Shown here one piece after another: positions 37,707 to 47,272 of a stretch of DNA of 64,000 nucleotides. Source of the stretch: Vicinamibacteria bacterium (GTDB taxonomy: Bacteria; Acidobacteriota; Vicinamibacteria; Fen-336; CBDFGD01); assembly GCA_965246965.1 (NCBI GenBank), contig CBDFGD010000001.1, positions 218,631-282,630 on the forward strand, in the 5' to 3' direction. The notes beneath the pieces are model-generated. The model worked only from the letters and a program-made list of their open reading frames with translations. It had not been told where the DNA came from and made no database searches. The position numbers and the translations under genes were made by a program. Every line of letters begins with the position of its first letter. Position 1 is the stretch's first letter.

Positions 37707-38453
37707 TCAAGAGTCGCCGAGCACGAGTCCGAGGCCGTCGTCGTCGATGCCCGGCTCGTTCGGAGCGGGCTCGATGAGGTCGACGAGGCGAAACGCCCAC
37801 AGGCTCCGGCAGATCTCGAAGTCGCCGAGCTCGGATGACTCGCAAACGGCTCCGACGGAATGGGGCCGATCCAGCAGAGCCAGCAGGGCCCGCTCGCCCT
37901 CCGTGAGCGACAAGGCCTCGAGAGCCTGCTTCGCTTCGGGCTCGAGTCGGAGCCGCGAGTCGAGGTCCCCGAGGCCACGCTCGATCCGCGAGACGGACTC
38001 GACGCGCCGGATCCCCTCGAGGACGACGTCGCGGGTCCCGACCTTGAGCGTGATGGTCTCTTGCGGGGCGGCGGCCGGCGGCTCGAGGACGTAGCTGCCA
38101 TAGTCGCAGGGAAAGGTGCTGCAGATCAGCTCGCGCGTCTGGTCCACGACGACCTTGAACAGGTCCTCTGCTGGGAGAGCGCCGCGCTCGACCAGGATGC
38201 CGCCCAGACGCTTGCCGGGCGCCACCAGGCGACTAGCGCCAGCGAAGTCGCGCCAGCGGATCCGCCCGGTGCGCAGAAGGAAGGCCCCGAGCCGGTCATC
38301 GCGTTGGGCCGAAGTGGCGAACACGAGGCGCCCCTGCTGAATCGTGATGCGGCGCTGGCGTTCGCCGCTGGTGAGGAACCAGCTGACCGCTCCAACGGTC
38401 GACGTGCAGCTGCCAGATGATGTCGGCGACATCGCGTTCTGCAAGGCTGCCAC
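37707..38453 (-). CDS. DUF4388 / MshEN-like domain protein
   Basis: two repeats resembling GspE-N/MshEN fold (LGGILVERGALPAEDLFKVV; LALLDRPHSVGAVCESSELGDFEICRSLWAF). Confidence 0.4.
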   Translation of the reverse strand: MAALQNAMSPTSSGSCTSTVGAVSWFLTSGERQRRITIQQGRLVFATSAQRDDRLGAFLLRTGRIRWRDFAGASRLVAPGKRLGGILVERGALPAEDLFKVVVDQTRELICSTFPCDYGSYVLEPPAAAPQETITLKVGTRDVVLEGIRRVESVSRIERGLGDLDSRLRLEPEAKQALEALSLTEGERALLALLDRPHSVGAVCESSELGDFEICRSLWAFRLVDLIEPAPNEPGIDDDGLGLVLGDS

Positions 38454-38538
38454 TCTCGTCGGCCATCGTTATCGCCTCTGGAGTCGCTGTGTGCCGCTCG
38501 CCGCCTGGTTTGCCTCACGAAACGCGCGCGGCGAGGCT

Positions 38539-38614
38539 TGGTGGAGCTGACGGGGATCGAACCCGTGACCTCGTGAATGCCATTCACGCGCGCTCCCAGC
38601 TGCGCTACAGCCCC
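38539..38614 (-). tRNA. tRNA-Ala (anticodon GGC), CCA encoded
   Basis: GGGGCTGTAGCGCAGCTGGGAGCGCGCGTGAATGGCATTCACGAGGTCACGGGTTCGATCCCCGTCAGCTCCACCA; cloverleaf folds with G3:U70, anticodon loop AT-GGC-AT, T-loop TTCGATC. Confidence 0.85.
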
Positions 38615-38655
38615 ACAGGGAAGAGAGGGATGTTAGCAGTCGGTTCGGCTCAGGG

Positions 38656-39366
38656 TCAACGGAGACGGGCGACGCTGACCGTGAGTGAGCTCTCGAAGCG
38701 TTTGATCAGGTCGAGATCGTCGCCCACGATCGCCAGCGTCTGGCTTCCTCGGTGAAGCAGGCGGACACCCAGTCCGCCCAGTCGTCTCTCGTACTCATCG
38801 GTGAGTCGGACGGTTCGATGGATGACGAACAGCGAGGCGACGCCGCGATCCGAGCTGTAGTAGAGGTGCGGAACCATCGACCCGCCGATCAGCGGGCAGT
38901 ATCTGCCGCCGACCAGCTCCAGCCCCCCGGCTGCCCCGGGGATGATCGGCATCTCGGTGCCCTGCTCCTCGAACCACGCCGTCACCCGGCCGCGATCCGC
39001 GCTCCACACCTTGGCAGGGAGCGGATCCTTGGCGAAGCACTTGGTGTGATCGAGAGCTACTTCGTAAGCGACGACACCCGGGGCGCCCCGGAACCAGAGC
39101 ACGGCGATGGCGAGGACGGCCGCGACGGGCAGCAGCCAACGCAGCGGTCGGCTCCGGCGCCGCAGCCGGCGGCGGAGCGCCGGCTCGAACCCGGACCGTG
39201 GCTCGACGGGCGACAGCCGTTCGAGCGCCTCGCGTACGCGACGCTCGGCGGCGACCTGCTCCGTGCAATCGGGGCACTGCGCGAGGTGTGCCTCCACTGC
39301 CTCGCGCTCGACTACTCCGAGCGCGTCGTCGACGTAACCGGTCACCTGCTCGGGCTGGCAGCTCAC
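38656..39366 (-). CDS. anti-sigma factor (zf-HC2, single TM)
   Basis: AHLAQCPDCTEQ zinc-finger, TM WLLPVAAVLAIAVLWF; 4-bp overlap with upstream ECF sigma. Confidence 0.65.
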   Translation of the reverse strand: MSCQPEQVTGYVDDALGVVEREAVEAHLAQCPDCTEQVAAERRVREALERLSPVEPRSGFEPALRRRLRRRSRPLRWLLPVAAVLAIAVLWFRGAPGVVAYEVALDHTKCFAKDPLPAKVWSADRGRVTAWFEEQGTEMPIIPGAAGGLELVGGRYCPLIGGSMVPHLYYSSDRGVASLFVIHRTVRLTDEYERRLGGLGVRLLHRGSQTLAIVGDDLDLIKRFESSLTVSVARLR

Positions 39367-39863
39367 TTCTTCTCCTCCCTTTCGGAGAGCGCCTTGCGCA
39401 GCAGCGCTCGGCCGCGATGGATGCGGGACATCACGGTCCCGATCGGGATGTCGAGTATCTTGGCGATCTCGTCGTACGTGAACTCCTGGACGTCCCTGAG
39501 AATGACGGCCGAGCGGAAGCCCTCGGGGATCTTTTCGAGCTCCCGACCCACGTCTTCACCGCCCGTGAAGAGAGCCCGTGCCTCGGGAGCGACGCCGGGG
39601 CCGTCGCCTCGAAGCTCGACCGTCGTCGGGCTCCGGCTCGCCCGCCGGTAGGCGTCCGTCCTGACCCGATGCAGGATCGTGTAGAGCCAGGCCCGGATGT
39701 TGGTTCCGGCCTTGTAGCGATCGAAGGCCCGATACGCGCGCAGATACGTCTCCTGGACGAGATCCTCCGCATCGTGCGCGTTGCGCGTCAGGCGGAAGGC
39801 GGTCCCGTAGAGGGATCTCATGTGGGGAAGTGCTTCCATGTCGAATCGTTCGTCGCGGTTCAA
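39363..39863 (-). CDS. ECF (sigma-70 group 4) RNA polymerase sigma factor
   Basis: region 2 DAEDLVQETYLRAYRAF, region 4 EFTYDEIAKILDIPIGTVMSRIHRGR. Confidence 0.85.
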   Translation of the reverse strand: MNRDERFDMEALPHMRSLYGTAFRLTRNAHDAEDLVQETYLRAYRAFDRYKAGTNIRAWLYTILHRVRTDAYRRASRSPTTVELRGDGPGVAPEARALFTGGEDVGRELEKIPEGFRSAVILRDVQEFTYDEIAKILDIPIGTVMSRIHRGRALLRKALSEREEKK

Positions 39864-40075
39864 GCCATCTGCTCGAGGCCGCTCTACTCGGGAAAACGCG
39901 GCCCCAGCCCCTCCTATTCCTCGACTCTCGAGGGCAGGTCGCCAGAGCTTACGCTCCTAACCGGCCGGGCCTGGATCGTCGCCCACCGAGCCACAATGCT
40001 GACGGCCGCGGGATTCTGGCACGCTGGGTGCGTTTCGGGAAGGTTCCGGCATCGCTGCCGGTTATCATCCAGCCC

Positions 40076-40701
40076 GTGTCGCACGCTTCAATCCTGCTCA
40101 TCTGGGCGCTTCTGGCCGCGGCGCCCGGCTCTGCGCAGGAGCCCGAGGCTCCGCCCGCCTACTTCGAAGAGGAGCCCACGGAGTGGAGCTTCGACTGGGG
40201 AACCGATACGGCGTTCACGCTTTCGGGCCTCGAAGATCCCTCGACGAACGCGACGAACGACAGGACGACCAACTTCGATGCGCTGTGGATGCGTCTGTAC
40301 GGCCGCCTCGAACGAGGCGATCAGGTGAAACTCGTCATCGACTTATACAGCGCGAATGCGCGCAGCCCGCGGATCTTCGGGTTGCACGCGAGGGTCCAGC
40401 CGCTCGACCAGCTGGGCTTCCGCGTGGGCCTGATCCCGCTGGTGTTCGGTGGCTGGCAGCAGCGGGCTGCCCCGAGCCACCAGCCCCTGATCAACCAGCC
40501 GCTCTTTTCTCAGTACCTCGTCCCGCTTCGCAACGACAGCGTCCCGCGAAGCGTCGACGAGCTGCTCTCGCAGCGCGGCCGCCAGGGCAGGACCTCCTAT
40601 CGCCTCGGCAACGACAACGGGAGAGTGGCCTCGATCGCCTACGAGCGTTGCTGGGACACGGGTCTCGAACTGCTCGAGAACGTTGGACGCTTCCGATACC
40701 C
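40076..40701 (+). pseudogene. secreted hypothetical protein, 3' end interrupted by IS1182-family element
   Basis: GTG start with signal VSHASILLIWALLAAAPGSAQEP; ORF reads into IS inverted repeat at 40702. Confidence 0.4.
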
Positions 40702-41439
40702 GCTAGGAGTCTGCGCGGCAGTAGTTCAGCCCGGGTGTGTCATTGTGCCTTGTGACCCGAGAGATCATCTTGCCTGGGTTAAACGGCAGTAGTGGGCTCG
40801 CGGACGAGTGCTCGCGAGGGAGGACGGGCGGATCCAAGGCCGGGTGGTGGTCATACCCAGACCATCTTCTGATTGAGTCTCCTGAGGTTGAGCGCCAAGC
40901 AAACGAGATTCCACTCGGCGCTGGTTTTCTCAAGCCCTCGAAGGCTGAAGGATTGGAAACCAAGCACAGCCTTGATCCATCCGAATGGCGGTTCGCCGAG
41001 TTTGCGCCGCTTGTACCACTTGCGACCACGTTTCGTCTTGAGCTTCGCCTTCATGCGGAGCGTCGCTTCGAGCTTCGAATTCGACGTTGGTGGAGAGTCT
41101 TTCTTTTCTCTCCCCAGAGCCACGAAACCGTCGATTCCGGTACGTTCCAAGTGCAGTAGGTTCTTTTCGGAACGGTAGTCGGCATCGGCCAGGGCACGCT
41201 TGGGCTTCTCACCGGTGTTGGCTTGAGCCGTTTTCAGCATCGGCTCGAGCTGACCGACATCCGCAGCGTTGTTGGTCAGCCCGGTCGCAACGATCAGCTG
41301 CGATTTCTCGTCGACGGCGGCTTGGGCATTGAAGCACTGCTGGTAGCCACTCGAATCCTTCATGATGCGGCTTTCGGGATCGGTGAAGTTGTCCTGCTTC
41401 TTGTCCGGAGGTACGCCAAATCTCCTTTTGAACTTTGGC
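40702..41439 (-). mobile_element. IS1182-family element, right-hand part (IRR + transposase C-terminal half)
   Basis: 20-bp terminal repeat GCTAGGAGTCTGCGCGGCAG at 40702..40721 (same 20-mer at 47847..47866); encodes ..PKFKRRFGVPPDKKQ..YKRRKLGEPPFGWIKAVLGFQSFSLRGLEKTSAEWNLVCLALNLRRL (DDE_Tnp_1_6-like C-terminus). Confidence 0.7.
41426..41439 (+). repeat. 14-bp target duplication TTTTGAACTTTGGC (partner at 48632..48645 as reverse complement)
   Basis: identical 14-mers abut the left end of IS3 copy 2 and the right end of IS3 copy 3. Confidence 0.75.
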
Positions 41440-41506
41440 TAAAGCGGACCCGGTTTTCTTGGACACGAAACTAGGGAAAGTCATCTTGTTCAAGGAGACT
41501 CGATCG

Positions 41507-41920
41507 ATGAAGCAGGTCAGGCGCAAGAGGTCTGAGAGGAAGAAGGGGGTGGGCGAGACGGAGGGAGCCCGGAGGGCGACCGGAGTTTCGCCCACCGGCG
41601 GCGCGGTGGTGGGCGCCTTGGGTCCCGGGCAGCGTTGGAGCGTGGCGCGCAAGCGGGAGGTCGCACTGCGGCTGCTGCGCGGGGAGTCACTCGAAGCGCT
41701 GTCTCGTGAGCTGTCCGTGGAGATGCACCGGCTGCAGCGCTGGCGTGATCAAGCCATGGCCGGGATCGACGAGTCGCTGCGGGAGCGCAATGGCGACCCG
41801 CTGAAGGTGGAGCTGGACGCGGCGGTCAAGCGGGTGGGCGAGCTCAGCATGGAGAACGAGCTGTTGCGGAAGAAGATCGGGGCGGCCCGCCCTTTGGCCT
41901 TCGGGAGGTCGCGGCGATGA
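41507..41920 (+). CDS. IS3-like OrfA (full length)
   Basis: AAGGAG RBS 9 nt upstream of ATG; MKQVRRKRSERKKG..; leucine-zipper ELSMENELLRKKI. Confidence 0.75.
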   Translation: MKQVRRKRSERKKGVGETEGARRATGVSPTGGAVVGALGPGQRWSVARKREVALRLLRGESLEALSRELSVEMHRLQRWRDQAMAGIDESLRERNGDPLKVELDAAVKRVGELSMENELLRKKIGAARPLAFGRSRR

Positions 41921-42810
41921 GTGCGGCGATCTCCCCTGCGACAGGCCGGGCCTACGGGGTGGAGCGGGTGTGCCGGGTGTGGAAGCTGGCCCGCTCGAGC
42001 TACTACTCCCAGCTCGGCGAGGCGGCTCCCGAGATGGTCTGCGCTGGCCGACGTGGTCCCAAGCCCAAGGTGTCTGACGAGGAGCTGTTGCGGCTGATCC
42101 GAGAGGACCTGGCGGCCTCGCCGTTCGTAGGAGAAGGACATCGCAAGGTCTGGGCGCGGCTCAAGGTGCTGCGCCAGGTGCGCGTGTCGCGCAAGCGGGT
42201 GCTGCGGATCATGCGTGAGCACCACCTGCTGTCGCCGCGTCGGGTACGCCAGGGCGAGGGGCTGCTCCACGAGGGGACGATCACAACCGATGCGCCCAAC
42301 CTGATGTGGGGGACGGACGGGGCGAGAGTTCTCACGGCAAAGGACGGCTGGGGCTGGATCTTCGTCGGCGTCGAGCACTTCAACAGCGAGTGCGTCGGCT
42401 ACCACGTGTGCAAGAAGGGGACGCGCTACGAGGCCCTCCAGCCCATCGCCATGGGGCTGACGCAGCTCTTCGGCTCGGTCGAGGCGGGTGTGGCTCGTGG
42501 CCTCGAGCTGCGCATGGACCACGGGACGCAGTACCTCTCGGACCACTTCCTCAACCAGCTGCGTTTCTGGGGCATCACGCCCAGCTTCGCCTTCGTCGAA
42601 CAGCCGCAGACCAACGGAGTGGCCGAGCGTTTCATCCGGACTCTCAAGGAACAGATCATTCATGGCCGCGTCTTCCACACCCTCGAGGAGGTGCGCCAGG
42701 CCGTGGCTGCCTTCGTCAAGCGCTACAACCAGCAGTGGCGCGTCGAGAAGCTGGGATTCCTCACCCCGCGCGAGGCCCGCGACCAGCACGGCCAGGGGAA
42801 GGCCGCGTGA
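41917..42810 (+). CDS. IS3-like OrfB DDE transposase
   Basis: identical to 18755..19648 except R/C substitution. Confidence 0.85.
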   Translation: MSAAISPATGRAYGVERVCRVWKLARSSYYSQLGEAAPEMVCAGRRGPKPKVSDEELLRLIREDLAASPFVGEGHRKVWARLKVLRQVRVSRKRVLRIMREHHLLSPRRVRQGEGLLHEGTITTDAPNLMWGTDGARVLTAKDGWGWIFVGVEHFNSECVGYHVCKKGTRYEALQPIAMGLTQLFGSVEAGVARGLELRMDHGTQYLSDHFLNQLRFWGITPSFAFVEQPQTNGVAERFIRTLKEQIIHGRVFHTLEEVRQAVAAFVKRYNQQWRVEKLGFLTPREARDQHGQGKAA

Positions 42811-42959
42811 ACCTCGAGGTCATCAAAGAGGGGCTACCCCAGGTATGGACTCACCCCGCCGCGTCGATCCTGGGGCATCCTCGTGCGTCGTTTTCGGGAT
42901 CGTCTGCCAAACGAACCCGAGATCGTCAAACTGGTGTCCAAGAAACCGGGCGCGGTACA

Positions 42960-43487
42960 GCGCTGGCACGAGGCCTGGATCTCATCACTTGGACCTTCGA
43001 CCCCCTCCAGGCGAGAAATGCACATCTGAACCTGAGTCGGCTCGGCGCTTTCGGCGCGGAGTTCATCCCGAATCTCTACGGCGTGACATCTTCGCCGCTC
43101 CATCACGATCTCCCGACTCATCGCGTGCTGATTCATTGGGAGCTCAACGCTCCGCGCGTCGTCGAGCGAGCGCAGCTGGACCCCCGCTCGGCGCCTGGGC
43201 CGGCGCCCGATCTTCCGCGCCTCAACCAGGTCGAGTGGCAAGCCGGCTGGCCGGTGACTTCGGAAGTGTCGCTGGACATCGACGCTCCGAGGCTCCTGCT
43301 CGAGATCCCGCCGGACTTCAACACTCTCGCGGGCTCGGCGCCGAACGTGGCGAGCGATTGGCACGAGAAGGTCTCACGGGCGATGCAGACCTTTCTCGGT
43401 CGCGGCTACCAGGCCGTCGAGCTGATTTCGACCGACGACGGGGGTCGGCGCCGGCCGCTCTATCTCCTCGAGCGCCAGGAACAGTGA
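42960..43487 (+). pseudogene. GNAT acetyltransferase C-terminal half (begins with 14-bp TSD GCGCTGGCACGAGG)
   Basis: ALARGLDLITWTFDPLQARNAHLNLSRLGAFGAEFIPNLYG..; N-terminal half is at 50166..50491 (-) next to IS3 copy 3. Confidence 0.7.
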
Positions 43488-43493
43488 CGCTGG

Positions 43494-44406
43494 CTAGTCC
43501 ACTTCGACCGTAATACCGCGCTCGGCCGTATCCAGGACCAGCGCCTCCGACTGGACGCCAGCTCTCAGCCACGCCTCCCGCATCGCCGCGGCGATGTCGC
43601 CGTGGCCAGACCTCGCGAACGCGACCAGGCTCGGGCCCGAACCCGACAGAGTGACGGCGGCGGCGCCCGCCTCGAGCGCTGCGGTCCGCACGTCTGCGAA
43701 ACCCCGCACGTGGGGTTGCCGCAGCGGCTCGTGCAGCTCGTCATAGGCGACGCGCGCGAGGAGAGCGTAGTCGCCGACTCGCAGCGACTCCACCAGAAGC
43801 GCGACCCTGCCGGACGACGCCGTCGCCACCGAGAGTGGCACGCTCTCTGGAAGCAATGCCCGCATCTGGGCGGTACCGAGTCGGAAGCTCGGCGTGGCCA
43901 CGACCAGTCGCGCGGCAGTGATCGAGATCCGGCGACTGAGCGGTCCGTCGGCGACTCGAGTCGAGAGCGTCAGCCCGCCGAGCAACGCCGGAGCCACGTT
44001 GTCAGGGTGTCCCTCGAGCGCGACCGCCGCGTCCAGTCTCTGCACCTCGTCAGCGCCGACCTCGAGAAGCGTCGCAGCGGCGGTCACCCCCGCCACTACG
44101 GCCGCTCCGGACGAGCCAAGACCCGCGGACACCGGAATCCGGATGCGCTGCACGATGCGCAACGGCGGCAGCGAGCGGCCGACCTTCGCGGCGAGAGCCT
44201 CGGCCCCACGCAGCACCAGGTTCGACCCGTCGGTCGGGATCGATCGGGCATCGCGACCCTCGACCTGGATGCTGGCCGTCGACCCCCCCCCCGTGGCCTT
44301 CTCCACGACGACCACATCGCGGAGCTCGAGCGCGAGCCCGACGCAGTCGAAGCCCGGCCCAAGGTTGCTCGTGGATGCGGGAACCTCGATGCTGACGCGC
44401 CTCAAG
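43494..44406 (-). CDS. thrB: homoserine kinase
   Basis: NLGPGFDCVGLAL and GHMP motif RIPVSAGLGSSGAAVVAG; probable TTG start overlapping thrC stop. Confidence 0.8.
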
Positions 44407-45523
44407 CCCGGAGCATTCGGTCCAGCGCGTCGAGCTGCGGCTCGATCGTCGGGATGTCGGGGAGCCGGCCGGTGACGATGTCCGGGTCTTTCAGACCGTG
44501 CCCCGTGCAGATCACCACGACCAGCCTTCCTGCCAGGCTGAGGCGTCCGGCCCGAACCTCGGACTTCAAGCCGGCCAGACCGGCCGCCGAGGCCGGCTCG
44601 ACCCACAGCCCCTCGGACGCCAGGCGCATCTGCGCGGCAATCAGCTCCGCGTCGGGAACCGCGACGATGCGCCCTCCGGACTCACGGGCGGCGCGCAGCG
44701 CTTCCTCCCCGCGGACCGGCCGCCCGATCCGAATCGCGGTCGCCACGGTCTCCGGGTTCTCGACGTCGTGGCCCAGCACGAGCGGCGCCGCACCGCTGGC
44801 TTGCACGCCGAGCAACTGTGGCAGCTCGGCCCGCCCGAGCGAGTGATACTGGGACAGGCCTCTCCAGAGCGCCGTGATGTTGCCTGCGTTCCCCACCGGG
44901 AGTGCGATCAGGTCGGGGGCTCGTTCCAACTCATCGCAGATCTCGAACGCGACAGTCTTCTGCCCCTCGATGCGATACGGGTTGAGCGAGTTCACCAGCG
45001 TGACAGGACGGCTCTCGCAGAGCTCCCGAACCAGGTCGAGCGCTTCGTCGAATGACCCCTCGATCTGCGCCACGCGAGCCGCGTGGGCCATGGCGCCGGC
45101 CAGTTTGCCGGCGGCGACGTTTCCGCGCGGGATCAGAACCAGGCAAGTGAGGCCCGCTCGCGCCGCGTAGGCCGCGGCGCTGGCCGCCGTGTTGCCCGTG
45201 CTCGCGCACACGACGGAGGTGGCCCCGGCGTGCAGGGCCTGAGTCATCGCGACGGTCATGCCGCGATCCTTGAACGATCCAGTGGGGTTGCCGCCTTCGA
45301 ACTTGGCGAAGAGCTGGGCCGCGCCGATCTCTGCGGCGAGGCGGGGGAAGCCGATGAGCGGGGTTGCCCCTTCGTGCAGCGTCACGGGGTTGTCCCGACC
45401 CAGGACGTCGATCAGGTCGCGAAACCGGGCCAGCACGCCTCCTGGGCGCCTCGTCCCTCGTACCGTCGAGCTCACGGCGAACCGTCGCCCGTCTCGCTCG
45501 CCCGCGTCGGATCGGAGCTCCAC
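44402..45523 (-). CDS. thrC: threonine synthase
   Basis: GNPTGSFKDRGMTVAMT (PLP Lys), fold-type II; exact start uncertain (overlaps upstream gene). Confidence 0.8.
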   Translation of the reverse strand: MELRSDAGERDGRRFAVSSTVRGTRRPGGVLARFRDLIDVLGRDNPVTLHEGATPLIGFPRLAAEIGAAQLFAKFEGGNPTGSFKDRGMTVAMTQALHAGATSVVCASTGNTAASAAAYAARAGLTCLVLIPRGNVAAGKLAGAMAHAARVAQIEGSFDEALDLVRELCESRPVTLVNSLNPYRIEGQKTVAFEICDELERAPDLIALPVGNAGNITALWRGLSQYHSLGRAELPQLLGVQASGAAPLVLGHDVENPETVATAIRIGRPVRGEEALRAARESGGRIVAVPDAELIAAQMRLASEGLWVEPASAAGLAGLKSEVRAGRLSLAGRLVVVICTGHGLKDPDIVTGRLPDIPTIEPQLDALDRMLRA

Positions 45524-46314
45524 TCGCTCCAGGACCCGGCGTAGAGCCGTCCGCGCAGGCCTGCCAGCTCGAGAGCGAGGAGGTCATGGCACGCCGTCAC
45601 GCCGGAACCGCAGTAGACGGTCGGCTCGATTCGCTCTGCTCCGAGCGAGGCGTATCTTGCCCGCAGCTCTTCAGCCGTTCGGAACACCGGGGCGTCATCG
45701 CCGGTGAGGTTGTCGGCAAACGGCGCGTTGACCGCTCCCGGAATGTGTCCCGCTCGTGGATCGAGGGGCTCGGTGTCACCGCGGTAGCGCTCGGGCGCTC
45801 GCGCATCGAGCAGCAGCTCGGACCCTGGAACATCGCTCCGCGTGACGACCCAACCGGGACGCTCGCGTGCGCTGAACGAGCCCGGCGTAATGTCGGGCAG
45901 CTCCCGAGTCACTGGCCGACCTTCGGCGACCCATCTCGCCAGACCTCCATCGAGGAGCGCAACGTGATCGTGACCGAACGCCCGGAGCATGTACCAGACC
46001 CTGGCGGCGATGGCTCCCGCCACGTCGTCGTATGTGACCACGGAGACCCCGTCGGACACTCCGATCCGGCCCATCACCTCGGCCACCTGGGAGGCCGCTG
46101 GCCAGGGGTGGCGACCGATCGGACCCCCGCGCTCGCCCCCCGGCGCGGAGAGGTCGCGATCCAGGTCGAGGAAGACCGCCCCCGGGAGGTGACCGGCCCG
46201 GTAGGCATCGACGCCCTGCCGCGCCGGATCGGCATACCAACGCGCGTCGATGATGCAGACGTCCCCGCGTCCGAGCCTCGGCTCCAGCTGCTCTGTCGAA
46301 ATCACAGGGTGCAT
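45472..46314 (-). CDS. tandem-rhodanese thiosulfate/3-mercaptopyruvate sulfurtransferase
   Basis: two rhodanese domains; active-site loop YCGSGVTACH. Confidence 0.75.
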   Translation of the reverse strand: MHPVISTEQLEPRLGRGDVCIIDARWYADPARQGVDAYRAGHLPGAVFLDLDRDLSAPGGERGGPIGRHPWPAASQVAEVMGRIGVSDGVSVVTYDDVAGAIAARVWYMLRAFGHDHVALLDGGLARWVAEGRPVTRELPDITPGSFSARERPGWVVTRSDVPGSELLLDARAPERYRGDTEPLDPRAGHIPGAVNAPFADNLTGDDAPVFRTAEELRARYASLGAERIEPTVYCGSGVTACHDLLALELAGLRGRLYAGSWSEWSSDPTRASETGDGSP

Positions 46315-46563
46315 GAGTTACAGATGTCCAACGGGAGCCGCGAGCTCGAGACCCACGACGCGGGCTAGCTCCTCGCCCGCCGCGAGTGAGGCGAGCGCCC
46401 TCGATGCGCCCGTGGAACAGCGGCGGCTCGCGGCGCGCACGCAGGTCCGCGTGAGCGAGGCATCCCAAGTGAGACATCGCGAGAATAGCATGGGGGTCGG
46501 GTCCGACCCGGCCGAGCGACGGCCGTATACTCCGCTCCTCGGTTACGAGAGGAGCGCCGCACG

Positions 46564-46887
46564 ATGCCGAAGCCCGATCGTCAGGTTCTCGTCTGCCTCA
46601 ACGCACGGCCGCCGGGCAACCCCAAGGGCTCCTGCGGCGAGAAGGACGCGCAACGACTCTACGACGCGCTGCGCGACAGGGTAAAGGAACTCGGGCTCGA
46701 GACCGTGATGGTCAACCGGACCAGCTGCCTCAAGCACTGCAGCCAGGGCGCGACGATCTCCGTGCAGCCCGACAACCTCTGGTACGCGAGAGTGACGGCC
46801 GAAGACGTCGACGAGCTGTGTCAGTCGCAGCTCGTCGATGGCCGCCCGGTCGAGCGGCTGATCATGCCCGACATTCCCTGGGAGTGA
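46564..46887 (+). CDS. thioredoxin-like [2Fe-2S] ferredoxin
   Basis: 107 aa; Cys at 11, 24, 55, 59 (VCLNARP..GSCGEKD..SCLKHCSQG) typical of 2Fe-2S_thioredx family. Confidence 0.7.
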   Translation: MPKPDRQVLVCLNARPPGNPKGSCGEKDAQRLYDALRDRVKELGLETVMVNRTSCLKHCSQGATISVQPDNLWYARVTAEDVDELCQSQLVDGRPVERLIMPDIPWE

Positions 46888-46897
46888 GGACGGGCGG

Positions 46898-47269
46898 CTA
46901 CGACCGGCCGGATGGGCCGCCGGCTTTCGGTCCGCGGCGCGGCTGAAACGCCGGGTTCACCCGAGCCAGCTCTCGCAGCAGGGCGTCCGGGTCAATCTCG
47001 GCGTCTCGTACGAATTGGTTGATCTCGCGCGCGAACTCGGCGATCGCATCCGGCCGTCCCGAGGCCGTCTTGTGGATCACGGTGCGGGTGCGAATCCTCC
47101 CGTCGGCGATCAGCTTCTCGATGTGGCTCAAGCGCGAGGGGCTCCATATCCGGTGCCCCTTCTTGTTGCGCGGCGGCTCGGGTACCTTGCCTGCGTAGAG
47201 CCAGTTGAGCAGGGTCTGCCTGCTGACTCCGAGCCGCTGCGCCACTTGTAGCGTCATCAGGTATTTCAT
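46898..47269 (-). CDS. excisionase-family HTH (HTH_17/MerR-like) DNA-binding protein
   Basis: LTLQVAQRLGVSRQTLLNWLYAGKVP. Confidence 0.55.
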   Translation of the reverse strand: MKYLMTLQVAQRLGVSRQTLLNWLYAGKVPEPPRNKKGHRIWSPSRLSHIEKLIADGRIRTRTVIHKTASGRPDAIAEFAREINQFVRDAEIDPDALLRELARVNPAFQPRRGPKAGGPSGRS

Positions 47270-47272
47270 CGT

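Larger units (their letters stand above)
41440..42959 (+). mobile_element. IS3-like element copy 2 (1520 bp, intact)
   Basis: ends TAAAGC...GGTACA with ~25-bp imperfect IRs; orfA+orfB intact. Confidence 0.85.

Noticed and set aside
38539-38614. tRNA-Ala as the attachment site of a genomic island
   Set aside because: There is no integrase, no direct repeat of the tRNA 3' end, and no compositional break adjacent to it within the window.
38126-38755. ORFs 38126..38587 (-) and 38417..38755 (+)
   Set aside because: They overlap the tRNA-Ala gene and have garbage composition.
42306-43487. 393-aa ORF spanning the IS3 copy 2 end and downstream
   Set aside because: It is a chimera of an antisense or alternate frame through the IS with the genuine GNAT C-terminal fragment. 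The same applies to 19672..20394 and 48433..48771, which share the IS-encoded tail ..CTAPGFLDTSLTISGSFGRRSRKRRTRMPQDRRGGVSPYLG.
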